64,000 nucleotides of DNA from contig CAVYCN010000007.1 of NCBI GenBank assembly GCA_963767005.1, positions 64,001-128,000 on the forward strand, given 5' to 3'. The position numbers and the translations under genes are program-made. Every line of letters starts with the position of its first letter. Position 1 is the stretch's first letter. This DNA is from an uncultured Actinomycetes bacterium (GTDB taxonomy: Bacteria; Actinomycetota; Thermoleophilia; UBA2241). Shown one piece after another: positions 1 through 10,353 of this stretch. The notes beneath the pieces were generated by a model. That model saw only the letters and a program-made list of their open reading frames with translations, was not told the DNA's origin and did no database searches.

Positions 1-293
1 TCGCCGGTCGCGAGGTCGGCGAGCAGCGCGCCCTGGTAGCAGACGACCGGACCGCTCGTGAGCCCGAGGCGGGCGAGCATCTTGCGGGCGCTTGTGAACA
101 TGCGGCCGGTGACCACCACGAAGGGCACGCCGGCACGGCGCAGCTCGTCGACGCCGGCCGCGGTCGCTGCCGTGAATTCGAGGTTGGGCGGCAACAGCGT
201 GCCGTCGAGGTCGGACGCCACGAGGTCGGGGCGCAGCAGCGCCGGCGGCTCGGCGTCGGGCGAGGCGGGACAGCGTCGGGCGCTCGCCGTCAA
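1..293 (-). CDS. Cof-type HAD-IIB hydrolase (5' part; runs off the window edge)
   Basis: Manual translation gives LVASDLDGTLL...VVVTGRM...VVCYQGA, i.e. HAD motifs I and II of the Cof family. TTG start at 293 is tentative. Confidence 0.85.
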   Translation of the reverse strand, partial: MTASARRCPASPDAEPPALLRPDLVASDLDGTLLPPNLEFTAATAAGVDELRRAGVPFVVVTGRMFTSARKMLARLGLTSGPVVCYQGALLADLATG

Positions 294-336
294 CGCTCTT
301 CTGTACGGTCGGCGGCCGATGGGGTACAGTGGGCGT

Positions 337-411
337 ATGGAGAAGGACGCGTCCCGGCTCCCACGGGACCGCTTCTCAAAGAGGCCTGAGCTCCCATCAG
401 GTCTCTTTTTT
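337..411 (+). ncRNA. Candidate small RNA: two hairpins with identical GCUCCCA loops and a U6 tail
   Basis: TACAGT -10 at 325-330. Hairpin 340-377 (loop 357-363) and hairpin 378-408 (loop 390-396), then TTTTTT at 406-411. No + strand gene lies upstream to explain this terminator. Confidence 0.5.
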
Positions 412-435
412 CGCTCCGGCGCCACATGGCGTCGC

Positions 436-615
436 TCACTTGCGGCGCAGGTTGTCGATGGAGCGCTGCAGGTCGATCTCGCCGGCCAGCACGCCGCCTA
501 TCAGATAACCCAGGGCACCGATCGCGCCGACCACGATGAGCTTCTCGAAGCCCAGGGCCATCCAGACGACGCCGACCACGAGGCCGACGGCGAGGCCGAT
601 GTAGCGGAGACTCAC
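436..615 (-). CDS. DUF2273-like small membrane protein
   Basis: 59 aa, MSLRYIGLAVGLVVGVVWMALGFEKLIVVGAIGALGYLIG. The GTG start overlaps the upstream TGA, and the gene sits in an asp23 cluster. Confidence 0.8.
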   Translation of the reverse strand: MSLRYIGLAVGLVVGVVWMALGFEKLIVVGAIGALGYLIGGVLAGEIDLQRSIDNLRRK

Positions 616-1166
616 GTGACACCTCCCCGGCCGGCGAGCAGCTCGTCGACCTCGACGATGAGCTCGCCGGCGTCGAGCCCGGTCGCGGACCGCAGCTCGC
701 GCTCGACGACGGCGCGGGCGCGGGCGAACGTCTGACGGACATCGGTGGCGGCGAGCGAGAGCGACGTGCGCGCGGCCACGCGATCGGCGCTGCACGTCAC
801 GCGCACCCGCGCGTCGGTGACCTCGGCGAGCTCGTCGACCAGGCGATGCGCCAGCAGGTGCTCGAGGGCGCGCGCCTTGACCACGACGCCGGCAGGCTGG
901 CCGCCAAGCTCGACGGCGGCGCCCTCGCCGGCCCGTCCGCCGCCCAGCATGCCGAGCGCGAGCCACACGCAGACGGCGCCGGCGGCGACGGCGGCGGCGC
1001 CGACGGGCACAGCCACGGCGCGCGGCGCGACGAGGAGGTCGTGCCAGTAGCGCGCCACCGGCCAGACGGAGCCCTGGCCGGCGGCCAGGGCGACCTCGCG
1101 CACGATCAGGATCGCGGAGGCGGCCATGACGGCGAGCGCGCAGGCCAGGGTGACGGCGCGCCTCAT
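612..1166 (-). CDS. AmaP/DUF6286-like membrane-anchored alkaline-shock cluster protein
   Basis: Two N-terminal TM segments and an Asp23-like C-terminal domain. Start/stop overlaps with both neighbours. Confidence 0.65.
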   Translation of the reverse strand: MRRAVTLACALAVMAASAILIVREVALAAGQGSVWPVARYWHDLLVAPRAVAVPVGAAAVAAGAVCVWLALGMLGGGRAGEGAAVELGGQPAGVVVKARALEHLLAHRLVDELAEVTDARVRVTCSADRVAARTSLSLAATDVRQTFARARAVVERELRSATGLDAGELIVEVDELLAGRGGVT

Positions 1167-1747
1167 CGCAGATACCTCGGCAGCTCGCGTACACGCAGCA
1201 CGCGCAGCGCCGGCCCGCGCAGCTCGACGGCCAGGCCGAGCCGGTCGCGCAGGGCCACCGTGGCGAGCGCCGTGAGGCGCTCGCGCAGCGCGGCGGCCGG
1301 CGCCAGCGGGCGCAGCGCCACCCAGGCGCGCGCGCGCAGGCGCTCACCGCGCAGCATGAACGAGGCCCGCGAGGCGACGACGTCGGGGTCGCGGGCCAGC
1401 TCGGCGGCCAGGTAGCGCGCGAGCGTGTCGGGCGGCAGCCGCAGGCTGCCGCCCTCGACCGGGAGCACGAGCGGCGCAGGGCGACGGCGCATGACGAGCA
1501 GCACGAGCAGCGCCGCGCCGACGAAGAGCGCCGCCAGCAGCAGCGCCCGGCCGTTGTGCGTGTGAGGCAGCGGCAGATCGTGCCACAGCGACAGGTGGCG
1601 GCCCGAGGCGGTGACGAGCAGCTCGGCACCGGCGGCGACGAGCACGATGCCCGCGATCAGCAGCGCCAGGAAACCGAGCGCCGCCTCGAGGGCGTCGAGG
1701 GCAAGGCTGCGGGGCGAGCGGCTAGGCCTGTCCGCTCTCGCCGGCAG
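1163..1747 (-). CDS. AmaP-like membrane anchor protein (start uncertain)
   Basis: Two TM helices then a soluble domain, directly after asp23. No clear ATG; CTG at 1747 has GAGGA 5 nt upstream. Confidence 0.55.
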   Translation of the reverse strand: MPARADRPSRSPRSLALDALEAALGFLALLIAGIVLVAAGAELLVTASGRHLSLWHDLPLPHTHNGRALLLAALFVGAALLVLLVMRRRPAPLVLPVEGGSLRLPPDTLARYLAAELARDPDVVASRASFMLRGERLRARAWVALRPLAPAAALRERLTALATVALRDRLGLAVELRGPALRVLRVRELPRYLR

Positions 1748-2222
1748 CCTGGTCCTCGGGGAAGAAGATGTCGCCCACGACCACGTTGACCGTCTTGACG
1801 GTGAGACCGGTGGTCGCCTCGATGCTGTCGCGCACGCGCTCGCGGCAGGCCTGCGCCACCTCGGGGATGCTGCGCCCGTAGGTGACGACCAGGGTGATGT
1901 CGACATCGACCCCATCGCTCCGCACGTCGACCGCCACGCCCTGAGTGCGGGAGTCGGCCACGCGCAGGCTCGACAGGGCGCGCGAGGTGGCCCCGCCCAG
2001 GGCGTGCACGCCGTCGACCTCGCGGCAGGCCATGTGCGCGATCTTGGCGATCACGGTGTCGCCGATCTCGAACTCGCCGGCGCGCGGGTCGGCGAGCTCG
2101 CCGGCGGGCGACGGCTCGGACGGCGACTCCGTCGCCGGCTGCTCGGCCGGCGCCGGGGGGGCCGCGGCCTGCTGGTCGGACGGCGCCGGCTGCGGCGCCT
2201 CGGGCGGTTGCTGGTCGGCCAT
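1722..2222 (-). CDS. Asp23/Gls24 family envelope stress protein
   Basis: IGDTVIAKIA...GVAVDV...VDITLVVTYGRSIPEVA...TTGLTVKTVNVVVGDI signature; GGGGAG RBS. Confidence 0.92.
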   Translation of the reverse strand: MADQQPPEAPQPAPSDQQAAAPPAPAEQPATESPSEPSPAGELADPRAGEFEIGDTVIAKIAHMACREVDGVHALGGATSRALSSLRVADSRTQGVAVDVRSDGVDVDITLVVTYGRSIPEVAQACRERVRDSIEATTGLTVKTVNVVVGDIFFPEDQAAGESGQA

Positions 2223-2300
2223 GTGGGCTCCCCGGTCGGACGACTGTGTTGGCTCTACTCTACCCTGCCCCGACGACGGCCGCGACGGCCGCGCCGGGCT

Positions 2301-4541
2301 CTAGCCGCACTTGGAGTAGCCGCAGAGCCGGCAGACCACGCAGCCGCCCTCGTGCTCGATCACGCCGCCGCAGTCGGGGCAGGCCCCCTGGGCCACCTCG
2401 ACGAGCGCGAGCTGCGGTTCGGGCGTGCCGGTCGGCGCCGCGGCGCCGCTGATGTAGCGGCGCTCGACCGCCTTGCCGATGGCGTCGGCGCACGACAGCG
2501 TGGCGTTGGGGCCCAAGCCGTAGGGCACGTGACAGCGGATGCCCTTGAGCTGCTCGACGATCTCGCTCGGGGCGGCGCCCTTCTTTAAGGCGAGCGAGAT
2601 GAGCCGGCCGAGGGCTTCGGTGTTCGACGAGGCGCAGCCGCCGGCCTTGCCCATGTTGGCGAACACCTCGCGCGGGCCGTGCTCGTCGTCGTTCATGATG
2701 ACGAACAGCTTGCCGCAGCCGGTGTCCATGCGCTCGGTCTCGCCCGACAGCAGGCGCGGCCGCGCCGGCCGGGTGGTGGCGATGCCGCGCGCCGGGTCGG
2801 CGCCCGGACGGGCCGCCGAACCCACGTTCAGGACCTGCTCCTCGCGGCTGCCGTCGCGGTAGGTGGTGACGCCCTTGCAGCCCGAACGGAAGGCCAGCAG
2901 GTAGACCTTCTCGACGTCGTCGACCGTGGCGCCGTTCGGAAAGTTCACGGTCTTGGAGACGGCGTTGTCGGTGGCCGCCTGGAAGGCCGCCTGCAGCTTG
3001 ACGTGCCACTCGGGCGTGACGTCGTGCGCGGTGGCAAACACGCTACGCCAGGGATCGGGCACCTCGTCGACGTGGCGCACCGAGCCTTCGTCGGCGACGC
3101 GCTTGAGGAGCGCCTCGGAGAAGAAGCCCTCGCGCCGCGCGACCTGCTCGAAATAGGGGTAGACCTCGAGCATCTCGTCGTCGTCGAGCACCTTGCGGCG
3201 CCGGTAGCTGAGCGCGAAGAGCGGCTCGATGCCGCTCGAGCAGCCGGCGATGATCGAGATCGTGCCGGTCGGCGCGATGGTCGTGACCGTGGCGTTGCGC
3301 ACGCGCAGGCCGCCCTCGACGTCGTACACCGAGCCCTCGAAGTTGGGAAACACGCCGCGCTGCTCGGCGAGCTCGACCGACGCGGCCCGCGCCTGCTCCT
3401 GGATGAAACCCATGAGCTCGCCGGCCAGGTGCACGGCCTCGTCGGAATCGTAGGGCACGCCCAGCCGGTAGAGCAGGTCGGCGAAGCCCATGACGCCGAG
3501 GCCGATCTTGCGGTTGCCGCGGGTCATCTCGGCGATCTGCGGCAGCGGGTAGTTGTTGACGTCGATCACGTCGTCTAGGAACCGCACCGCCGTCTTGACG
3601 ATGCGCCCGAGCCGCGCGTAGTCGACGTGGCCGTCGTCGCACACGCGAGCCAGGTTGATGGAGCCCAGGTTGCACGACTCGTAGGGCAGCAGGGGCTGCT
3701 CGCCGCAGGGGTTGGTGCTTTCGATCGAGCCGAGCTGCGGCGTGGGGTTGTGCTGGTTGATGCGGTCGATGAAGACGATGCCGGGGTCGCCGTTCTTCCA
3801 GGCCAGAGTGACCATCGACCTGAAGACCTTGCGCGCCTTGAGCAGGCGCACGGTCTCGCCGGAGCGCGGGTTGATGAGCGGGTAGTCGTCGTCGGCGTCG
3901 ACCGCCCGCATGAAGTCGTCGGTGACGGCCACCGAGATGTTGAAGTTGTTGAGGCGGTCGTCGTCGTGCTTGGCGTTGATGAAATCGAGGATGTCGGGGT
4001 GGTCGACGCGCATGATGCCCATGTTGGCGCCGCGCCGCGTGCCGCCCTGCTTGATCGTCTCGGTCGCGGCATCGAAGACGCTCATGAACGACAGCGGCCC
4101 CGACGACACGCCGGCGGTCGAGAGCACGACGTCGTTCTTGGGGCGCACGCGCGAGAACGAGAAGCCGGTGCCGCCGCCGCTCTTGTGGATGAGGGCGGTG
4201 TGCTTGATGGCCTCGAAGATCGAGTCCATGGAGTCGCCGACGGGCAGGACGAAACAGGCCGAGAGTTGACCGAGCTCGCGACCGGCGTTCATGAGGGTGG
4301 GGCTGTTGGGCAGGAACTCGAGGTTCGCCATGAGCCGGTAGTAGGTGTCTTCGTGCTGGGCGAGGTCGGCGGTGGGGTCGTAGAGCCGCTCGGCCTGGGC
4401 CACGGCCCGGGCCACGCGGCGGAACATCTCCTCGGGTGTCTCGAGCACCTCGCCCGCTTCGCCCTTCTTGAGATAGCGCCGCTGCAGCACCTTGAGCGCG
4501 TTGGCCGACAGCTCGATCACGTCGCGACCCGTCTCAGTCAT
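2301..4541 (-). CDS. nrdJ: Vitamin B12-dependent (class II) ribonucleotide reductase
   Basis: [36 protein letters not shown] and KGVTTYRDG motifs, plus a C-terminal TSCPD-like domain and CPDC/CRLC zinc ribbon. Confidence 0.95.
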   Translation of the reverse strand: MTETGRDVIELSANALKVLQRRYLKKGEAGEVLETPEEMFRRVARAVAQAERLYDPTADLAQHEDTYYRLMANLEFLPNSPTLMNAGRELGQLSACFVLPVGDSMDSIFEAIKHTALIHKSGGGTGFSFSRVRPKNDVVLSTAGVSSGPLSFMSVFDAATETIKQGGTRRGANMGIMRVDHPDILDFINAKHDDDRLNNFNISVAVTDDFMRAVDADDDYPLINPRSGETVRLLKARKVFRSMVTLAWKNGDPGIVFIDRINQHNPTPQLGSIESTNPCGEQPLLPYESCNLGSINLARVCDDGHVDYARLGRIVKTAVRFLDDVIDVNNYPLPQIAEMTRGNRKIGLGVMGFADLLYRLGVPYDSDEAVHLAGELMGFIQEQARAASVELAEQRGVFPNFEGSVYDVEGGLRVRNATVTTIAPTGTISIIAGCSSGIEPLFALSYRRRKVLDDDEMLEVYPYFEQVARREGFFSEALLKRVADEGSVRHVDEVPDPWRSVFATAHDVTPEWHVKLQAAFQAATDNAVSKTVNFPNGATVDDVEKVYLLAFRSGCKGVTTYRDGSREEQVLNVGSAARPGADPARGIATTRPARPRLLSGETERMDTGCGKLFVIMNDDEHGPREVFANMGKAGGCASSNTEALGRLISLALKKGAAPSEIVEQLKGIRCHVPYGLGPNATLSCADAIGKAVERRYISGAAAPTGTPEPQLALVEVAQGACPDCGGVIEHEGGCVVCRLCGYSKCG

Positions 4542-5194
4542 TCTTCCTGCCCCCTGCTCCCGTTCGGTCCGGATTCCGCCGGCTGGTCGACCGGCGCGTA
4601 GTGTCGTGGCGTCGCGGGGCCCGGCGCCACGGCCGCGACCTCGTCTGACGCCGCACGGCCCGGACCCCCGACCGCCCCGTGCTCGCTGTCATCGCCGGCG
4701 ACTCGGGCGAGCGCACGCGGCCCGGCCGGCCCGCGTCCGCTCGCCGGCTCGTCGAGCCGCGCAAGCTCCTTCTGAAACTCCTCGATGTCGTCGAACTGGC
4801 GGTAGACCGAGGCGAAACGGATGTAGGCGACGAGGTCGAGGTCACGCAGGTGGTGCAGCGCGCGCTCGCCGATCTCGGCCGACGTGACCTGCTGCACCGA
4901 CTCGCGGCGCAGCTCGCCTTCGATCTCGTCGGCGACGCGCTCGATACGCTCGAGCGAGATGCGCCGCTTCTCGCAGGCGCGCAGCAGGCCGTTCAGCAGC
5001 TTGGCGCGGGCGAAGACCTCTTCGGCGCCGCTGCGCTTGACGACCACGAGCGGCGCCTCTTCGACGCGTTCGTAGGTGGTGTAGCGGCGTCCGCAGAAGG
5101 CGCATTCGCGCCGCCGGCGCACGGCGTCGCCCGACTCGGAATCACGCGAGTCGACGACACGACTGTCTTCGTCGCCGCAGAATGGACAGCGCAC
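4538..5194 (-). CDS. nrdR: Transcriptional repressor NrdR
   Basis: [31 protein letters not shown] zinc ribbon, ATP cone and [12 protein letters not shown]. Overlaps the nrdJ start. Confidence 0.96.
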   Translation of the reverse strand: MRCPFCGDEDSRVVDSRDSESGDAVRRRRECAFCGRRYTTYERVEEAPLVVVKRSGAEEVFARAKLLNGLLRACEKRRISLERIERVADEIEGELRRESVQQVTSAEIGERALHHLRDLDLVAYIRFASVYRQFDDIEEFQKELARLDEPASGRGPAGPRALARVAGDDSEHGAVGGPGRAASDEVAAVAPGPATPRHYAPVDQPAESGPNGSRGQEE

Positions 5195-5220
5195 GGAGAG
5201 ACGACCCCTTACGAGATGGA

Positions 5221-5266
5221 GTACAAGATGTAGTGGAAGAGCGCTTGGTTCGTCACAATATAGCCG
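5221..5266 (-). promoter_or_regulatory. Tandem NrdR boxes upstream of nrdR-nrdJ
   Basis: ccaCTACATCTTGtac (5221-5236, minus strand) fits acaCwAtATaTwGtgt. A weaker second box, cggCTATATTGTGacg (5251-5266), lies 30 bp away. Confidence 0.7.
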
Positions 5267-5494
5267 ATTTCGCGACGGACGCAACGGTTCCTGCCCGGGT
5301 TTTTCGCGCAGATCGGACGTTACAAGGGTCATTCTCGACCTCAAGGTTAGACTTTCGCCCCTCGGGTGCTGCGCCCGGCCCCCGCCGGACGACCGCAGGC
5401 GGCCCACCGGCGAGGGCAGAGAGAGACGCAGATCCTAGCGCCCCGGGGGACGGCAGGCCGCGCCGGCGAGCGCGAACAGGTATACTTCGCGTCG

Positions 5495-6211
5495 ATGAAC
5501 ACGGTCGTCGTCCCCACGTACAACGAGCGCGACAACCTGCGTCACGCCCTCGAGCGCATCCGCGAGGTCTCCGAGGGCGCCGGCCTGCCGCTCCACACGC
5601 TGATCGTCGACGACAACTCGCCCGACGGGACGGGCGAGCTCGCCGACCAGCTCGCCGGCGAGTACCCCGACGTCGAGGTGCTGCACCGCGCCGGCAAGGA
5701 GGGGCTCGGCAAGGCCTACATCGCCGGCTTCCGCCACGCCATGGCGACCGGCGCCGACCTGCTCTTCGAGATGGATGCCGACCTGTCGCACGACGCGAGC
5801 TACCTGCCCCACTTCGTGCGCCTGGTCGAGCAGGGCGCCGACGTCGTACTCGGCTCGCGCTACGTCAAAGGCGGCGGCGTCGAGAACTGGCCGCTGTCGC
5901 GCAAGCTGATCAGCCGCGGCGGCTGCATGTACGCGCAGGTCGTGCTCGGCCTGCCCTACCGCGACCTGACCGGCGGCTTCAAGTGCTTTCGCCGCAGCGT
6001 GCTCGAGGCGATCGACCTCGACGCGATCGACACGCGCGGCTACGGCTTTCAGGTCGAGATGACCTACCGCGCCCACAAGCTCGGCTTCAAGGTCGTCGAG
6101 CTGCCCATCATCTTCGTCGACCGCAAGGTGGGCGAATCGAAGATGTCGGGCGACATCTTCCTCGAGGCGGCCGTCAACGTCCTGCGGCTGCGCCTCGACC
6201 GCAGCATCTGA
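5495..6211 (+). CDS. Polyprenol monophosphomannose synthase (GT2, Ppm1/DPM1-like)
   Basis: VVPTYNE, IVDDNSPDGTG, GLGKAY, EMDADLSH, DLTGGFKCFR and GYGFQVE motifs. Confidence 0.92.
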   Translation: MNTVVVPTYNERDNLRHALERIREVSEGAGLPLHTLIVDDNSPDGTGELADQLAGEYPDVEVLHRAGKEGLGKAYIAGFRHAMATGADLLFEMDADLSHDASYLPHFVRLVEQGADVVLGSRYVKGGGVENWPLSRKLISRGGCMYAQVVLGLPYRDLTGGFKCFRRSVLEAIDLDAIDTRGYGFQVEMTYRAHKLGFKVVELPIIFVDRKVGESKMSGDIFLEAAVNVLRLRLDRSI

Positions 6212-6223
6212 CCGGGGCGCCGC

Positions 6224-7390
6224 GTGAGCCCGGCGCCCCCCGCCTCACGGCTGCTCGCCCTCGACGTCGGCACCGGCACGATCGACGTCCTGCTGTTCGA
6301 GCCCGAGCGCCGGCCTGAGAACTCGGTCAAGCTCGTCGTGCCGTCGCGCACGATGGTCGCCGCCGGCGAGATCCGCGCGGCCACACGGCGCGGCCTGCCC
6401 GTGGTCTTCGCCGGCCCCGTGATGGGCGGCGGCCCGGTCACCCGGGCGATGCTCGCCCACCGCGACGCCGGCCTTGCGTTCAGCGCCACCGCCGACGCGG
6501 CCACGACCTTCGCAGATGACCTGGCCTGGTCGCTCGAGCGCGGCGTACGGCTGTGCGCCGACGACGAGGTCCCGGCCCTCGCGGCCGCCGGCGCCGTGCT
6601 CGTGCGCAGCGGCGACCTCGACCTGCCCGGTCTGCTGGGCGCCCTCGCGCGCCTGGGCGCGCCGACGACCTTCTCGGGCGCCTGCCTGGCGGCCCTGGAT
6701 CACGGCTTCGATCCCGCCGGCTCGAACCGCGTCAACCGCTTTCAGAGCTGGCAGCGCGCCCTGGCCGAGCGGCGGCCGCTCGAGGAGCTCTTCTGCGCCC
6801 TCGACGAGCTGCCGGCCGCCCTCACTCGCCAGCGCGCGGCGGCCGCGCCGCTCGCCGGCCTGCAGACGACGGGCGACGACGACGGGCGTGCGGCGGCCGC
6901 GCCGGCGGGCGGCGCCGTTGTCGCAGGCGACGCACCAGCGGGCGGCGGCGACGTGGCCGGCGGTCTGCCCGTCACCGTGGGCGACACCGGCGCCGCCGCC
7001 CTGCTCGGCGCCCTGGGCGACGAGGCCAGCGACGCCGTGCTCGTGAACATCGGCAACGGCCACACCGTCTGCGCCGTCGCGCTCGAGGGCCGCCTCGCCG
7101 GCGTCTACGAGGACCACACCAACCGGCTCGACGCGGCGCTGCTCGAAGCCAACGTGCAGCGATTCTTGGCCGGCGACCTGCTGGGTGACGAGGTGCGGGA
7201 GGCCGGCGGGCACGGGGCCGCCCTCGGCGGCCCCGTGCCCGCCGGCCTCCCCCTCCTCGTCACCGGCCCTCACCGCGACCTGCTGGCGGGCAGCTCGCTG
7301 CCCGTGCGGTTCCCGGCGCCCTTCGGCGACATGATGATGGCCGGCCCGGTCGGCCTGGTCCGGGCGCACCGCTACCGCTGGGGAGCCTGA
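6224..7390 (+). CDS. DUF1786 family protein (ASKHA-like fold)
   Basis: LALDVGTGTIDVLL..ENSVKLVVPSRT, MGGGP, DHGF, NIGNGHT and APFGDMMMAG. Confidence 0.75.
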   Translation: MSPAPPASRLLALDVGTGTIDVLLFEPERRPENSVKLVVPSRTMVAAGEIRAATRRGLPVVFAGPVMGGGPVTRAMLAHRDAGLAFSATADAATTFADDLAWSLERGVRLCADDEVPALAAAGAVLVRSGDLDLPGLLGALARLGAPTTFSGACLAALDHGFDPAGSNRVNRFQSWQRALAERRPLEELFCALDELPAALTRQRAAAAPLAGLQTTGDDDGRAAAAPAGGAVVAGDAPAGGGDVAGGLPVTVGDTGAAALLGALGDEASDAVLVNIGNGHTVCAVALEGRLAGVYEDHTNRLDAALLEANVQRFLAGDLLGDEVREAGGHGAALGGPVPAGLPLLVTGPHRDLLAGSSLPVRFPAPFGDMMMAGPVGLVRAHRYRWGA

Positions 7391-7413
7391 GGCGGGCGAC
7401 GCGCCCGCCGCCG

Positions 7414-8139
7414 TCACTTGCGGCGGCCGAACAGGCGCCGGCGCACGGCCGCGCCCTTGAGCCACTGGATGCCCTCGGTCGGGCTGAGCTCCTTGGGGCA
7501 GGCCTCGATGCAGTTCGTGATCGTGTGGCAGCGGTACACGCCGTGCTCGTTGTCGAAGCGCGGCAGACGCGTCTTGCGGGCCTGGTCGCGCGAGTCGACC
7601 TCGAAGCGGTAGGCCTTGAGCAGCGCGGCCGGCCCGAGGTAGTCGGTGCCGGTGCCGTACCAGACCGAGGGGCACGAGCTGTAGCAGCAGCCGCAGAGGA
7701 TGCAGTCGATCGGCATGTCGAGCTTGCGCCGGTCGCGCGGCGACTGCGGGATCTCGCGCTCAGGCTCGGCGTCGGCGCGCTCGAGCCAGGGCTTGATGTA
7801 CTCGTACTTGGCGAAGAACTCGGTCATGTCGCAGACCAGGTCCTTGACGAGCGGCAGGTGCGGCATGGGCTCGACCGTGATGTCGCCGCCGCCCAGGTGG
7901 CCGACGTTGGTCTGGCAGGCCAGGCGGTAGCGGCCGTTGATGTACATGGCGCACGAGCCGCACACGGCCGCCCGGCAGCAGTAGCGGAAGCACAGCGAGC
8001 CGTCGAAGCGCTCCTGGATCGCGAACAGCCCCTCGAGCACGGTGAAGCTGCCCTCGTAGGGCACGACGAAGGTGTCGTAGCGCGGCGTCTTGTCGGTCGC
8101 CGGGTCGAACCGTCTGACGCGAAAGCGGGCCTCGCTCAT
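7414..8139 (-). CDS. sdhB: Succinate dehydrogenase/fumarate reductase Fe-S subunit
   Basis: CRAAVCGSC, CILCGCCYSSCP and CHTITNCIEACP cluster motifs. Confidence 0.93.
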   Translation of the reverse strand: MSEARFRVRRFDPATDKTPRYDTFVVPYEGSFTVLEGLFAIQERFDGSLCFRYCCRAAVCGSCAMYINGRYRLACQTNVGHLGGGDITVEPMPHLPLVKDLVCDMTEFFAKYEYIKPWLERADAEPEREIPQSPRDRRKLDMPIDCILCGCCYSSCPSVWYGTGTDYLGPAALLKAYRFEVDSRDQARKTRLPRFDNEHGVYRCHTITNCIEACPKELSPTEGIQWLKGAAVRRRLFGRRK

Positions 8140-9845
8140 CAGTACGTGCGCTCCTTCGGTTCGAACATGCCCAGCGCGACCGGCTTGCCCGTGAGATCGG
8201 GCGGGCCGTCGGGCCGGTAGTGGGCCAGGGTGTGCTGCAGCCAGTGGGCGTCGTCGCGGTTGGGGAAGTCGGTGCGCGCGTGCGAGCCCCGCGACTCGGT
8301 GCGCACGACGGCGCCCAGAGCCGTGGCGATGGCCACGTCGAGCATGCCTTCGAGCTCGATCGTGCGGATCATGTCGAGGTTGAACACGCGGCCGGCGTGG
8401 CGCAGGCCAACGCTCGCCATGCGGTCCTTGAGGCGCAGCAGCTTCTCGACGCCCTCCAGCATCTGACGCTCCTCGCGGAAGATGCCGAAGTGGGTCTTCA
8501 TCGTGTCGATCATCTCGGCGCGGATGTCGTAGGCGTCGTCGCGCGCGGCCGCGTGGGCCAGCCGGTCGACGCGGTCCTCGACCGCCCGCAGCGCCGCGTG
8601 CGCCGCCGCCTCGGGCACGGGACCGCCGTCGCCGCCGGTGAGCTCCTCGACCACGGCATGCCCGGCGCGACGTCCGAAGACGATCGTCTCGAGCAGCGAG
8701 TTGCCGCCCAGGCGGTTGGCCCCGTGCACGCTCACGCAGGCGCACTCGCCGGCGGCGTACAGGCCGGGCAAGCCGGTGCGCCCGTCGGCGTCGGTGTCGA
8801 TGCCGCCCATCGTGTAGTGCTGGCTGGGCACGATCGGCACCGGGTCGGTGACCGGGTCGACCCCCTCGAAGTGGATGGAGAGGTCGCGCACGCCCGGCAG
8901 CCGCTCGGCGATCTTCTGCTCGCCCAGGTGGCGCAGATCCAGGTAGACGAAGTCCTTGCCGCCGATGCCGCGCCCCTCGAGGATCTCGGTCCAGATCGAG
9001 CGCGCCGTGATGTCGCGCGGGGCGAGCTCCATCATCTTCGGCGCGTAGCGCTCCATGAAGCGCTCGCCGAGGTCGTTCACGAGGTAGCCGCCCTCGCCGC
9101 GGCAGCCTTCGGTCATGAGGATGTTCGTGGTGTAGAGGCCGGTCGGGTGGAACTGCACGAACTCCATGTCCTTGAGGGGCACGCCGGCGTGGTAGGCCAT
9201 GGCCGCGCCGTACCCGGTCGAGATGATGGCGTTGGTCGTGTTGGAGTAGGTGCGCCCGGCGCCGCCGGTGGCGACGATCACGGCGTCGGCGAGGAAGGCC
9301 TCGAAGCCGCCGTTGATCATGTCGTAGGCGACCACGCCGCGGCAGCGCCCCTCGTCGACGATCAGGCTGGTGACGAAGCGTTCGATGTAGAGCGTGACCT
9401 CGCGCCGGTAGGCCTGCTCGACCAGGGTGTGCAGCAGGTAGTGGCCGGTCTTGTCGGCGCCGTAGCAGGTGCGCGGATAGCCCGCCCCGCCGAAGGGCCG
9501 CTGGGCGATGCGACCGTCGTCGTAACGGCTGAACGGACAGCCCCAGTGCTCCATCTCGAAGATGGCCGGCGGGGCGTCCTGCGTCATGCGGTAGACGGCG
9601 TCCTGGTCGGCCAGGTAGTCGGAGCCCTTGACGGTGTCGAAGGCGTGCTTCTCGGGCGTGTCGTCGTGGCCCTCGGGGTTGTTGGCGAGGGCGGCGTTGA
9701 TGCCGCCCTGCGCGGCGCCCGAGTGACTGCGCCCGGGGTGGACCTGCGAGAGGATGGCGACGTCGATGCCCGCGCCCCTGGCCTCGACCGCGGCGCGCAG
9801 GCCGGCCAGGCCGCCGCCGACGATCACGAGCTGGTGTCTGATCAT
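8139..9845 (-). CDS. sdhA: Succinate dehydrogenase/fumarate reductase flavoprotein
   Basis: GGGLAG, RSHSGAAQGG (FAD-binding His), QFHPT, HYTMGG and SVHGANRLGGNSL. Confidence 0.95.
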   Translation of the reverse strand: MIRHQLVIVGGGLAGLRAAVEARGAGIDVAILSQVHPGRSHSGAAQGGINAALANNPEGHDDTPEKHAFDTVKGSDYLADQDAVYRMTQDAPPAIFEMEHWGCPFSRYDDGRIAQRPFGGAGYPRTCYGADKTGHYLLHTLVEQAYRREVTLYIERFVTSLIVDEGRCRGVVAYDMINGGFEAFLADAVIVATGGAGRTYSNTTNAIISTGYGAAMAYHAGVPLKDMEFVQFHPTGLYTTNILMTEGCRGEGGYLVNDLGERFMERYAPKMMELAPRDITARSIWTEILEGRGIGGKDFVYLDLRHLGEQKIAERLPGVRDLSIHFEGVDPVTDPVPIVPSQHYTMGGIDTDADGRTGLPGLYAAGECACVSVHGANRLGGNSLLETIVFGRRAGHAVVEELTGGDGGPVPEAAAHAALRAVEDRVDRLAHAAARDDAYDIRAEMIDTMKTHFGIFREERQMLEGVEKLLRLKDRMASVGLRHAGRVFNLDMIRTIELEGMLDVAIATALGAVVRTESRGSHARTDFPNRDDAHWLQHTLAHYRPDGPPDLTGKPVALGMFEPKERTY

Positions 9846-9915
9846 CGCCGGCGCCTCCTAGGACCGTCGAGCGACCTGTCGTCGCCGCTCAGCCAGGTGT
9901 GACTTCGCTCCACGG

Positions 9916-10353
9916 CTAGTGCGAGATCCAGGGCCACAGGGCCCACATGCCGTAGACGAAGGTGGCCGAGCCCAGGACCCAGAGCGCAATCGACAGGGCG
10001 CGGCGCTGGGCGCGCGCCCGGCACCAGTAGTCGAGGACGACCATGCGCGCCCCGTTCAGGCCGTGGTAGACGGCGGCCGCGAGCAGGCTGATGTCGACCA
10101 CCCGGAAGGCGTCCGACGACAGGCGATGGCCGATGTTGAGGTAGGACAGATGCCCGAGGCCGAAGATGTGCGCGGCGATCAGGTGGGTCATCAGGCAGAC
10201 GATGAGCACGACCGCCGTGATGCGCTGGAACAGCCAGGCCCACATGCCGCCCACGCCCTCGTCGACCGCGCGCCTGTCCATGCGCCCGGTCGCCGCCGTC
10301 GCGTCGGCGACCGGTGCGGCGACCGCCGGACGCTCGGCGACCTCACTGCTCAT
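9916..10353 (-). CDS. sdhD: Succinate dehydrogenase hydrophobic anchor subunit
   Basis: WLFQRITA...HL...YHGLNGAR..VLDY with three TM segments. ATG overlaps the sdhC stop. Confidence 0.85.
   Translation of the reverse strand: MSSEVAERPAVAAPVADATAATGRMDRRAVDEGVGGMWAWLFQRITAVVLIVCLMTHLIAAHIFGLGHLSYLNIGHRLSSDAFRVVDISLLAAAVYHGLNGARMVVLDYWCRARAQRRALSIALWVLGSATFVYGMWALWPWISH

Noticed and set aside
5195-5494. Cobalamin riboswitch upstream of nrdR-nrdJ
   Set aside because: No B12-box or GGGAA core motifs recognised; the NrdR boxes explain the conserved-looking sequence.
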